Of a stretch of DNA of 64,000 nt, positions 45,206-54,677 are shown piece by piece; position 1 is the first letter of the stretch; each line of letters opens with the position of its first letter. Location: positions 1 to 64,000 of IMG/VR virus record IMGVR_UViG_3300049460_000312; one strand, given 5' to 3'. Both the position numbers and the translations under genes were made by a program. Under the pieces are notes generated by a model. The model was not told the origin of the DNA. It searched no databases and was given only the letters and a program-made list of their open reading frames with translations.

Positions 45206-47416
45206 TCAGGCCTTAGCGACGGCCGTGCTCTTTTCTTCCGCTGCGCCACCGAGGCTGGCAGCGACGTAGTCGAGCGCGTAACCGAGGCTGCGCGGCAGAG
45301 CGCGATTGACCGCGTGGATCGGCAGCTTCGGTGCGGTCATCAGCAGCGAGTTGCAGAACACGGCAGCCTTGCGGAACTTCTCGCTCTTGATGCCGGCTTC
45401 GTCCATGATCTGGCCGAGCGCGCTGTTGGCCATCGCGGAGATGGTGTCGTTGCGCTTCTTCAGCTCAGCGTTCAGTTCCTTGATGCCACCACGACCGCCG
45501 TCGACTGCTTCCTTTGCAGCCTTGGCCAGTTCTGCCACTTGCGCGCAGATCTTGCCCGCTGCTGCCTGGTCGAGTGCCGGCACGCTGGCCGAACCTGCAT
45601 CAGCCGATGCGTTCGAGACGCTGCTCGTCATGCCGCGGATGCCTTCGGCCGTCGACGGGATGGTCGAGACCAGCACCTGATTGTCGAGCAAGGCGAAGGC
45701 GAGGATCTTGAGAACGTTCTCGTTGCTGCCGATTGCCACGTCGGCCGGCTTGAACGAAGCACGGTGACCGATTGCTTCCATCTGCGTCGCCCACTTGCCG
45801 AGCGCTTCGGAGATCTTGCCACGCAGTTCTTCTTCCTTCTCCGGCGTCTTGAGCATCTCTTCGGCGAAATCGATCGCTTCGAGGTACGGTGCATACGTCT
45901 TCGGATCGTTCATGGCTTTCGCGAACGCTGCGAGGTCGTTCAGGTACTTCGACAGGTCGTCGACGGCCACGCCACCCGCGGTGAGCTTCTTCGCGAGCGC
46001 CTTGCTGTCGATCTGGCCTTCGACCATCTTCGATGCCTTGACACGTTCGGCGAGCTTGTTCGCACGCGCTTCGACTGCCGAGAAGGCATTCGTGAGACGC
46101 TTGTACGTTTCGACGATCCACTGACCGAGACGCGCGAACGCTTCCTGCATGGCCTTGATCACGCGCTTGATGAACGCAACGATCTGGTCCTTCGCGCCAT
46201 TTGCGCCATCGATCTTGGCCGACGGCGTTTCCAGGTCTTCCAGAGCCGGGATCAGCAACGGCTTGACCTTCAGCGACTTCGTGACGGTGTTCAGGTTGTT
46301 GCGGAGCAGCGACGCGCCGTACAGGTCCAGACCACCACGCTGAGCAGCCGCGTCGAGAATGGCCACGCAGCCTTCGAGCGATTCCGTAGCATCCGTGAGC
46401 TTCGAGACGTCGTCCTGCACGTCTTCTTCCTGGTCTTCGATTTCGTCGACCGCGTCCATTTCGCCTTCGACTTCTTCGGCTTCAGCATCGCCGAGGTCAG
46501 CGTCTTCACCGACTGCATCGGTCGGCTCACCGGTCGAAGCAGCGTCTGCAGCGGCAGCGTCCGAGGCCGAAGCCGCAGCGTTGTCATCAGCAGCTTGCGC
46601 CGCATCAGCAGCAGCAGCCGGATCGGTTGCTGCGGCGTCGTCGGCCGGCGGGGTCGAACCATCATCAGCCGGCGGCGTGCTGCCGTCGTCTGCCGGAGGC
46701 GTCGCATCGTCACCGGTTGCAGCGGCGCCAGCGGCGTCGCCTGCAGCGGCGTCAGCGTCCGGTGCAGCGGCACCATCAGCGGGCGGCGTTGCATCGTCAG
46801 CTGCCGGGGGCGTCGCGCCATCGGCCGGCGGCGTAGCATTCGCATCGTCACCCGCTGCAGCAACGGCGGCGGCATCCGCGTCTTCCGTCGATTCTTTCGC
46901 GACCTTCAGGTTCTTGCCGCCCTTGCCCTTGGCGGTTTGCACCGCGGCTTGTTGCAGCAGGCGATCGAGCTGTTCGCACTTCGCCTTCAGTTCCTTTTGC
47001 AGGTCTTCGATCTGGCTGCCCTTGATGGCACCGTAGATGCCGCCGAAGAGCGTACCGAGCAGCGCGCCCTGGAAGATCGTGCCAAAGCTGGCTGCTTCGA
47101 TCTTTTCCTTGAAGTCTGCCGACGAGAGCTTGCCTTCCTTGACGGCTTTCTTGCCGTTGTCGACCGCGGCGTCCTTGATGGCTTCCGTGATCTGCTTGAT
47201 TTCCCGCTTGAGCTTGTCGGCTTCGTTGGCACCCACACCGCCTGCCACCGTACCTGCACCGGGGATCACCCAGCCAGCGCCACCGATCACAAAGCCGAGC
47301 AGACCGCCGACGAGACCTTCATTGGCCGGGTTGAACGTGGAGACCTGAGCCACCTGGGGCAGGTCATCCGAGAGTTCTTCCAAGGCGGCGACGCCCAGTT
47401 TTGACTTAAACTTCAT
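45206..47416 (-). CDS. Internal head protein with an extra glycine-zipper module and a repeat linker
   Basis: AALEE, ANEG, STED, SLEG, ALED sites; GxxxG helices; AD(D/G)xTPP repeats. Confidence 0.85.
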   Translation of the reverse strand: MKFKSKLGVAALEELSDDLPQVAQVSTFNPANEGLVGGLLGFVIGGAGWVIPGAGTVAGGVGANEADKLKREIKQITEAIKDAAVDNGKKAVKEGKLSSADFKEKIEAASFGTIFQGALLGTLFGGIYGAIKGSQIEDLQKELKAKCEQLDRLLQQAAVQTAKGKGGKNLKVAKESTEDADAAAVAAAGDDANATPPADGATPPAADDATPPADGAAAPDADAAAGDAAGAAATGDDATPPADDGSTPPADDGSTPPADDAAATDPAAAADAAQAADDNAAASASDAAAADAASTGEPTDAVGEDADLGDAEAEEVEGEMDAVDEIEDQEEDVQDDVSKLTDATESLEGCVAILDAAAQRGGLDLYGASLLRNNLNTVTKSLKVKPLLIPALEDLETPSAKIDGANGAKDQIVAFIKRVIKAMQEAFARLGQWIVETYKRLTNAFSAVEARANKLAERVKASKMVEGQIDSKALAKKLTAGGVAVDDLSKYLNDLAAFAKAMNDPKTYAPYLEAIDFAEEMLKTPEKEEELRGKISEALGKWATQMEAIGHRASFKPADVAIGSNENVLKILAFALLDNQVLVSTIPSTAEGIRGMTSSVSNASADAGSASVPALDQAAAGKICAQVAELAKAAKEAVDGGRGGIKELNAELKKRNDTISAMANSALGQIMDEAGIKSEKFRKAAVFCNSLLMTAPKLPIHAVNRALPRSLGYALDYVAASLGGAAEEKSTAVAKA

Positions 47417-47558
47417 GGTTTTCTCCATTCGAATGGAATTGATCTTGAGGATTCGCGCGAATCTTGAATAGGACAAACTTGCCGCCAGCATAAGGCGGCG
47501 GTGTCGTTCTATACAATGGGTTTTGCCTGGGCGACGTATTTACATCGCCCAGTGATGC

Positions 47559-48158
47559 TCAGCGCGTGTTATGTTCGCCAAAGAGCGTGTAGAGCGTGGT
47601 CACCATATCGGTGAAACCGCCCTGCTGCGAGAGCCAGCGGCAGATCACATTCGACAGGTTGTTGTTCGTTTGCACCTGGCTGCGGAAGCTGTAGCCATCC
47701 GGCAGTTGCGGAAAGAGCGCGTCTTCGAAAGTCGGTGGCGCGTTCGGGTCGTTAGAGCCCGGACCGATCAGGTGTTCCCACATGCTCACCGGCATCTGGC
47801 GCTTACCGTTCACGATAAAGCGCACGGTATCGCTGATGAAGTCAGCGTGGGTTTGCGTGAAGGTCGGGGATTCCTTTTGCACTGCGGCCCACAGACCGAA
47901 GTTGCTGACGCCGAAGGCTTGCCCGGCGATGCGGATCACACGTTCGCGGAAATCGAAGTCGGTGTGAATCACCTGGCGACGCACGAGTTGGTTGTACACT
48001 TCCACAACCGACTCGTTGGCCACCACGTGGTCGACGGCTTGCGGATCGAGATCGAAGACCGACAGGATCGGGCGGGACTTCCACGTCTGGAAGGTTTCGC
48101 TCGAATTGGCCTTCGACCCGAAGAAGCCTCGCACGTACAGTTTGAGGTCATCGCGCAT
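47559..48158 (-). CDS. Conserved jumbo-phage protein
   Basis: 199 aa ORF in the head operon. Confidence 0.75.
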   Translation of the reverse strand: MRDDLKLYVRGFFGSKANSSETFQTWKSRPILSVFDLDPQAVDHVVANESVVEVYNQLVRRQVIHTDFDFRERVIRIAGQAFGVSNFGLWAAVQKESPTFTQTHADFISDTVRFIVNGKRQMPVSMWEHLIGPGSNDPNAPPTFEDALFPQLPDGYSFRSQVQTNNNLSNVICRWLSQQGGFTDMVTTLYTLFGEHNTR

Positions 48159-48161
48159 GGA

Positions 48162-49061
48162 TCAGTCCTCGTTGAGTTCGGCGATCTCGCGAGCGAGGTC
48201 TTCCGTGAGGGACTGCAGGTAGCTGATCTCGCGCTCCAGCGCCGGATCTTCCTTACCCTGACGGGCCCGTTCCATTTGCATCAGGCGCAGCTTGGCCATC
48301 TGCAGTTCGGTTTCGGCTTCCTTGGCACGGGCCACCTTCGCTTCCACCGCATGCATGCGCAGGCGGCGGATCGGGTTCCAGGCAAAGTTGCTGATGGAGA
48401 ACATGAACGGATCGATCTTCGCTTCGCCGACCGTGTTCTTCAGGTTCGAGTAGTTCGTGTCGTCCGCGAGGATGTCGGGGATCTGGTCGAGACGGTCAAC
48501 CATTTCGCCAGCCGGCTTGGTGAGCACGGCGATGGCCGAGCAGAACGGCAGCAGGCCCTTGGTGAACCACTCGATTTCCGCCGGGATCATGTCCGTGGTC
48601 GGAATCGGTTCCATCTTCTTCTCATCGCGTGCGGCTGCGATTTCACTCTTGAGCGCATACGTGAAGAGTTTGATGGTAAAGCGCGAGGCGAAGGTGATCG
48701 CGTCGACGAGTTGCACCAGGTTGGCCTTACGGTAGTTCAGGCCCTTGGCGGCGATCTTGTCTTCGAACTCACCCTGCACGATGGCTTCGAGCGCGTCGAT
48801 GGTGGCAGTGATGTTGCCGATGTTGGTGGCCAGATAGCCAAACACACCCTTGCCGCCGGCGCCTTTGACGACGCCTGCGAAGGTCGACTGGACCTTGCGC
48901 ATTTCGTCGCTCTTGAATTTCGAGCCGAACATTTTGTCGGTGCGAACCAGGACGTCCTGCATCTGGGTGAACTGGGTGCGGGCAAACCGCAAATCTTCCA
49001 GGAGGCCGGACTTGCCGAACATCGAGGAGATCTGTTGTTGGATATAGGTCGTGATCTTCAT
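48162..49061 (-). CDS. Virion head/inner-body protein (gp90-like by position)
   Basis: About 300 aa; WNPI and a C-terminal coiled coil DPALEREI.YL. Confidence 0.75.
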   Translation of the reverse strand: MKITTYIQQQISSMFGKSGLLEDLRFARTQFTQMQDVLVRTDKMFGSKFKSDEMRKVQSTFAGVVKGAGGKGVFGYLATNIGNITATIDALEAIVQGEFEDKIAAKGLNYRKANLVQLVDAITFASRFTIKLFTYALKSEIAAARDEKKMEPIPTTDMIPAEIEWFTKGLLPFCSAIAVLTKPAGEMVDRLDQIPDILADDTNYSNLKNTVGEAKIDPFMFSISNFAWNPIRRLRMHAVEAKVARAKEAETELQMAKLRLMQMERARQGKEDPALEREISYLQSLTEDLAREIAELNED

Positions 49062-49146
49062 GTTTTTACTGAGTCGCTTTCGGCGAGACAAAGATGAACG
49101 GTACAAACAATAGCAGGGGACGCGCCCCCGCTATCGTTCTTCTCTT

Positions 49147-50460
49147 TTACGCGCGGAACGAGGAACCTGCACGGAACATGTTGAGCACGTCGCCGATGTC
49201 CACGCCACCGTTCTTGTTCGAAGCCTTCAGATCGCGCTCCGAGAGTTCGGTGTATTCCGGGATGTCGCGGGTGTAGACCCGCACACGGCCCCATTGCTTG
49301 TCGATGATGAACATCAGCATGCCGTAGCCTTGCTGGAAGAGCTTCTGACGCGTGTTGAAGTCCTTCAGCTTGCCGTAGATCTTCAACTCCAGCGCTTCGG
49401 CGGTGGCCGAGGACATCACCACGATGTTCGAAGCGTTGTTGGCCGAGACCGAGGCGGAGAGCGCGGCCGACAGACTGTTCTGGCGGCGTTTCTGCATCAT
49501 CTGCAGGTAGACGCCGGTCTTGTCGTTCTTCAGGTTCTTTTTGTGCGCATCGATCAAGTCCTGGCAGAACACGAGGTCACGCCAGAAGTCGATGCCACCC
49601 AGACGCCACTTCTTAAAGCGTGCGCCGAAGCTGATGTCTTCCGAGCCCGAGGCGAGAATCGCCACGAGCGGGGCCGTGCCCATGTACATCGCGTTCAGAC
49701 GGATCACGACCGGCACGGTGACTTCGCGGTCGTTGTCCTTGATCGTGACGTTGATCATGCGACCGACGCCCATGTTCACCGGATCACTGATGTCGACGGC
49801 TTTGCCGAAGGTGACTTCGCTGCGATCATCGAGGGCGGCTTGCGCGCCAGCCTTGGCACCGGCCTTCGCTCCCGATGCAGCGTCGTCCAGATGGGTCGAG
49901 AACGGCGTGGGCGTACCCTTACCGACGGGCTGTTGACCCTTGATCGACCACGGCGCCAATGATTCCAGTGCCGGCGTCTTTTCGACGTCAGCAGCGCGCG
50001 CGGCGGCGGCTTCGACATCCTTCTTGATCGCGGCTTCGAGGTCTTTCAGCTCAGCCGGCAGTTCGCGCACTTCGCCGTCAATGACGAGGCGATCATCGAA
50101 CTCTTCGAGTGCTGCGGAGGCGATTCCGCCGATGGCACCGATGGCCGAACCCGCGGGGCTGCGACGGGTCGCGAACTTGTCCAGACGCTGTTGGACCGAG
50201 GCATTGCCAATGCTAATGTTGTGCATTGAAAACGCCCGCAGGTAGTACCCGGCGAAGATCGATTGTGCCAGTTGAAGCGTTTCCGGCAACAGGTCGGCGT
50301 TGCGCAGATCTTCGTCCACCAGGCACATCGGCTCGATCGTGCCTGCCTGGGCGTAACCCACCAACGAGTCACCCTTGGGCAGGTCTGCCAGCATTTTAAA
50401 GCCATGCTCGATGGCAGCACCAGCTACCTTCAGCCCGGCATTTGCTGCAAGTGTGTTCAT
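49147..50460 (-). CDS. Virion head/inner-body protein (gp89-like by position)
   Basis: IEPMCLVD, SIFAGYYL, IDFWRDLVFCQDLI; ALE sites. Confidence 0.75.
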   Translation of the reverse strand: MNTLAANAGLKVAGAAIEHGFKMLADLPKGDSLVGYAQAGTIEPMCLVDEDLRNADLLPETLQLAQSIFAGYYLRAFSMHNISIGNASVQQRLDKFATRRSPAGSAIGAIGGIASAALEEFDDRLVIDGEVRELPAELKDLEAAIKKDVEAAAARAADVEKTPALESLAPWSIKGQQPVGKGTPTPFSTHLDDAASGAKAGAKAGAQAALDDRSEVTFGKAVDISDPVNMGVGRMINVTIKDNDREVTVPVVIRLNAMYMGTAPLVAILASGSEDISFGARFKKWRLGGIDFWRDLVFCQDLIDAHKKNLKNDKTGVYLQMMQKRRQNSLSAALSASVSANNASNIVVMSSATAEALELKIYGKLKDFNTRQKLFQQGYGMLMFIIDKQWGRVRVYTRDIPEYTELSERDLKASNKNGGVDIGDVLNMFRAGSSFRA

Positions 50461-50490
50461 TTTTTGTTTCCCAAAAAGAAGGATTTGACG

Positions 50491-51672
50491 ATGTCTAATA
50501 TGTTTACTGATGTCTGGGGGAGGACATTCACCCAGGGCGGAACGGTAAACGGGGTAGAGGACGTGTGGGCGCGCAGCGCAGTGGGTAACCCGAGCACAGC
50601 GGTTACGGAAACGTTGTACGGTATCAACCACCGCAGTCTGAACAACAGTATTCCCATTAACAAGGACTACTACGGTCTGGCCTTTTTCACAAAGCCCGAT
50701 CTGCGCTTCACCACGGACAACCTCCTGAAGCTCCGGAAGTTCACACCCATGCTGACCTCGCGCGAAACTTCGCTACCGCGCGCAATCCGCGCGATGCTGG
50801 ACTTTCGCCACAACACTCATAATGAAGATAGCTACAATTGTAGCCTGATCGACCCGAAGCAGATCTTCATTCCGCTCCTGACCAACCAGTGTGTGAGCAT
50901 GTCGGGATGGCCCGACATCGAGGCACCCACCTTCAAGAGCGATGCGGGCGTGTACGGCGAGGAATGGTCGTTCGTTGACGGGATCACCGAACTGTACCGC
51001 ACCTGGGATACGACGATCAATTTCCGCAACATTCCCGGCGACCCGATCACCGCGTTGTTCTGGTACTGGGTCTCGTACGCCTCAGCGGTGTTTGAAGGCA
51101 CCCTGACGCCGTACGCGGATAACATTGCGGAGAACGTCATCGACTACCAGACGCGGATCTACCGGGTAGTCCTGGATTCGAGCAAACGCTTTGTTCAAAA
51201 GATTGCGTGTACGGGCGCGGCGTTTCCGATTGGCGTGCCGCTCGGCATGTCCTTCAACTTCGAGACCGATACGCCGATTAACCGTCTGGACCAGATCCCG
51301 ATCAGTTTCCGCTGCATTGGCGCGGAGTATCTGGATGACATGATCATCCACGATTTCAACGCCGCGGTGGTGATCGGTAACCAGGATATGGCCGATGACC
51401 AGCGCCAGAACGCCGGACTCGTCAAGGTGCCGTACGAGTTCATCTACCTCTTTAACCACCTGGGCTATCCGCGCATCAATATCCAGACCTTTGAGCTGGA
51501 ATGGTGGGTGTATAACAACACCTATCTGGAGATGACGGGTAACAACAGTGATGGGGCGACGATGCCTGAGGTGGATCTCGCGGATGTGGATGCGGGTGAT
51601 CTGAACACCTACACGGGCATCCCGATGAACAACACGGGGCCAGGCGCACCGTCGGGTGTTCCGACCAAATAA
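50491..51672 (+). CDS. Virion structural protein (gp88-like by position)
   Basis: GINHR, GLAFFTKPDL, FIPLLTN...SGWPD, FRNIPGDPI, IDYQTRIYR. Confidence 0.8.
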   Translation: MSNMFTDVWGRTFTQGGTVNGVEDVWARSAVGNPSTAVTETLYGINHRSLNNSIPINKDYYGLAFFTKPDLRFTTDNLLKLRKFTPMLTSRETSLPRAIRAMLDFRHNTHNEDSYNCSLIDPKQIFIPLLTNQCVSMSGWPDIEAPTFKSDAGVYGEEWSFVDGITELYRTWDTTINFRNIPGDPITALFWYWVSYASAVFEGTLTPYADNIAENVIDYQTRIYRVVLDSSKRFVQKIACTGAAFPIGVPLGMSFNFETDTPINRLDQIPISFRCIGAEYLDDMIIHDFNAAVVIGNQDMADDQRQNAGLVKVPYEFIYLFNHLGYPRINIQTFELEWWVYNNTYLEMTGNNSDGATMPEVDLADVDAGDLNTYTGIPMNNTGPGAPSGVPTK

Positions 51673-51685
51673 TCAGGTAACCAAT

Positions 51686-54622
51686 ATGACTGCAATTTTC
51701 TCTGACATCCAGAGCTCACTCACCCAGGTCCGCTACAACCCGACACGTATGCAAGGGGTGATTCTGCGGGCGGTGCGCGACGTGTACGACGGCAAGTACG
51801 ATATCGTCGACCCGAGCAATCCGTTTGTGCATCTGGTGGAAGCGGCAGCCACCGTGGGCTCGTCGGTCATGACTGAGTCGGCCGCCAATAACCGCAAGCA
51901 GTACGCCAAGGTCGCGCAGAACATGCTGGACCTGTATCGCCACATGCACTACGGCGACTTCACCGACATCTTTGCGCTGCCGTCCTCGGCCGGTTTCGTG
52001 ATTGGCTTTGACAAGGACGAGCTGATCGCGCGCATGGTCCAGGTGCCGGGCACCGAGATCCGCAAGATCGTGATTCCGCGCAATACGACGATCTCGATCT
52101 CGGGCACGCTCTTCTCGCTGCAGTATCCGATCGAGCTGCGCCAGCTCGCCCACGGTGGTTTGCAGGTGGTGTACGACGTCTCCAAGAAGACGCCGCTGAA
52201 GAACATCGACACCAACGTGATCGACTGGAAATCGATGCGGGGCTCGTCCGGGCAGGAACAGATTCTTTTCCCGGTGATGCTGGATCAGTTTAACATCATC
52301 ACGCTGAGCGACGTGGTGAACAGCACCCAGAAGTTTTCGCTCTCCACGACCATCAGCGACCAGTTCTACTTCTGTCGCGTCTGGCAGGAGACGACCGATG
52401 GTGGCTGGATCGAGATGGCGACGACGTATAGCCAGGACATCTACAGCAACAACGGACCAGTGGCAATTGTCAAGGTGGTCGACAAGCAGGTGACTGTCGA
52501 GATCCCGATCGTGTTTGTGAAGACCGGCCAGATCACTGGCAAGGTGCGCATGGACGTCTACCAGACCAAGGGTCCGCTCACGATGGATCTGGGGGGCTTT
52601 GACTACAAGCAGTTCGTGGTCAACTGGCTGGCACTGGATGTCAACGAGCGGGACCAGTTTGTCTCGCCGCTGAAAGCCATGACCTCGACGCAGGTATATT
52701 CGAGCGCCATGACGACCGGTGGTCAGGACGCCATGACCTTCGAGGCCCTGAAAGATCGGGTGATTGCCAATGCCTTCGGTGACACCGTCATTCCGATTAC
52801 GCCGGCCCAGGCTCAGAAGAAGCTGGAACGCGATGGCTACAACATCGTGAAGAATCTGGATCACGTGACCGACCGGGTGTTTGCTGCGGCGCGCGCGATG
52901 CCAGACCCGACCGACACCGATCTGATCACGCCGGCTTCGGCCGGTATCCATACGCTCTCGGATACCATCGAGCATCTGAGTGCACTCTCGACCACCTACA
53001 GCAACAACAACGGGGTGAGCCTGACGGTCACGCCTAATACGCTCTACAAGGTGAATGGCGGCGTGCTGGAAGTGTGTTCGGATTCGGAAGTGCAGCTGCT
53101 CAACTCCTTGCCGGGCGATAAGAAGGCGACCGCGATCACGCAGGGTGGGTATTTCTACTCGCCGTTCCACTACGTGTTCGATACCGATAACAACACCTTC
53201 GATTCGCGGGCTTACTACCTCGACTCACCGGTGGTGAATGCGCGCAGCTACGTGGATGAGAATGACCTCACGTTGCTGACGGTGGCCTCGGGCTCGGCCG
53301 TGCTGCAACGCACGCCGTCGGGCTGGTCGCTGACGGTCGCGACCAACTCCAGTACCGAGTTCCAGCAGCTGGATGATGAGAACGTGCACGTCACGCTCGC
53401 CTACCAGCCGGATCGCTCGGGTGACTACGCCTACACGTTGGGTCGGTTGCTGGGGACGACCACCGCAGGGGAGCGGGTGTTCCAGTTTGACATCAAGACG
53501 TCCTACGACATCGATGCGAGCAACGCGATGGAGTTGACCAACTTCATGATGTACGAGAACACCCAGCAGTTCCTGCGCACGCAGCTGGAGCAGAGCTTCG
53601 ATCTCTTCTGGTCGGTCTCGGCACCGATGCCCTCGGGCTGGAAAGCCGCCTCGTTCGATCCACTGATCGGGACTTTCCTGTTGCCGGAAGGCACGGTCGG
53701 CGTGGCACGGGAACGGGTCGACCTGATTCTGGGTTACTCGCTCGCTAACCTGTGGACACGGGCACGCACGGTGGTCGGTGAAAACGACTACGCAGTCTGG
53801 GACGTGGACGTGCAGGCGAGCTACGAGAAGGATGTGTACCAGACTGATCCGGTCACGGGCGCAGCCTTCACGATTGTCAATGGTGAGCTGGTCTACACCA
53901 AGCTGCACTCGGCGGGTGAGCTGCAGTTCGAAGCGGATGGTGTCACCCCCATCTACAAGTATCGCAAGGGTGACATCAAGAAGGACGTGTACAACAACCC
54001 GGTGATCGTGGGAGGGCGGAAGCTGGTGCGCCAGATCGATCTCTTCTTGCTGGAAGCGCAGTATTTCTTCGCGACCAACAAGGTGACGACCGATTACCGC
54101 AAGCAGCTGGTGGATACCATCGTGGGCTGGATTGCCAATGAGCTGAAGAGCTTGTCGACAATGTTGCTGGACAAGACCTCGATCTACTTCTATCCGGTGC
54201 AGAATGTCGGCTCGGTGGATGTGATCTACGGCGCGGGTCTGAAGTCGACGATCGATGCGGGTCAGTACTTCAACCTGAAGCTCTACGTGAAGGATTCGGT
54301 CTACAAGAACGATAAGCTGCGTGAAGCGCTGACACGGGCGACCGTGGTGGCTTACAGCAACTGTCTGAAGTCCAAGACGGTGTCGAACTCGCAGATCGTG
54401 GATGCGCTGAAGACTACGTATGGCGATGACGTACTGGCCTTTGAGCAGGAAGGTCTGGGCGGGGATGCAGCGTTGTCCATCTGCACCATGGTGGATGACT
54501 CGGCACGCCTGACTCTGCGCAAGAAGCTGGAGTATCGTCCGGACCAGACGTTTGCGTTGCGCGAAGACGTGAACATTGAGTTCGTGGCGGCGGAACGTGC
54601 TGGTGTGGTATTTGACCAGTAA
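51686..54622 (+). CDS. Large virion structural protein, putative baseplate wedge (gp87-like by position)
   Basis: About 980 aa; DPSNPFVHLVE, LYRHM, TGGQDAMTFEALK.RVI. Confidence 0.8.
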   Translation: MTAIFSDIQSSLTQVRYNPTRMQGVILRAVRDVYDGKYDIVDPSNPFVHLVEAAATVGSSVMTESAANNRKQYAKVAQNMLDLYRHMHYGDFTDIFALPSSAGFVIGFDKDELIARMVQVPGTEIRKIVIPRNTTISISGTLFSLQYPIELRQLAHGGLQVVYDVSKKTPLKNIDTNVIDWKSMRGSSGQEQILFPVMLDQFNIITLSDVVNSTQKFSLSTTISDQFYFCRVWQETTDGGWIEMATTYSQDIYSNNGPVAIVKVVDKQVTVEIPIVFVKTGQITGKVRMDVYQTKGPLTMDLGGFDYKQFVVNWLALDVNERDQFVSPLKAMTSTQVYSSAMTTGGQDAMTFEALKDRVIANAFGDTVIPITPAQAQKKLERDGYNIVKNLDHVTDRVFAAARAMPDPTDTDLITPASAGIHTLSDTIEHLSALSTTYSNNNGVSLTVTPNTLYKVNGGVLEVCSDSEVQLLNSLPGDKKATAITQGGYFYSPFHYVFDTDNNTFDSRAYYLDSPVVNARSYVDENDLTLLTVASGSAVLQRTPSGWSLTVATNSSTEFQQLDDENVHVTLAYQPDRSGDYAYTLGRLLGTTTAGERVFQFDIKTSYDIDASNAMELTNFMMYENTQQFLRTQLEQSFDLFWSVSAPMPSGWKAASFDPLIGTFLLPEGTVGVARERVDLILGYSLANLWTRARTVVGENDYAVWDVDVQASYEKDVYQTDPVTGAAFTIVNGELVYTKLHSAGELQFEADGVTPIYKYRKGDIKKDVYNNPVIVGGRKLVRQIDLFLLEAQYFFATNKVTTDYRKQLVDTIVGWIANELKSLSTMLLDKTSIYFYPVQNVGSVDVIYGAGLKSTIDAGQYFNLKLYVKDSVYKNDKLREALTRATVVAYSNCLKSKTVSNSQIVDALKTTYGDDVLAFEQEGLGGDAALSICTMVDDSARLTLRKKLEYRPDQTFALREDVNIEFVAAERAGVVFDQ

Positions 54623-54623
54623 G

Positions 54624-54663
54624 CGGCATAGAGGCCGGGGTGTAACCCCGGCCTTTTATGCTG
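54624..54663. terminator. Bidirectional terminator with TATGC tails on both strands
   Basis: CGGCATAGAGGCCGGGG-TGTAA-CCCCGGCCTTTTATGCTG between convergent genes. Confidence 0.9.
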
Positions 54664-54677
54664 TCGTGCCGTAGAAC

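Noticed and set aside
46600-46860. Tandem DNA repeats
   Set aside because: In-frame coding repeats (AD(D/G)xTPP linker), not an array or mobile element
43883-47404. 1173 aa plus-strand ORF antisense to two internal head genes
   Set aside because: Shadow ORF. The two real genes share a frame and have strong codon bias that suppresses antisense stops; the product is Arg-rich and has no motifs
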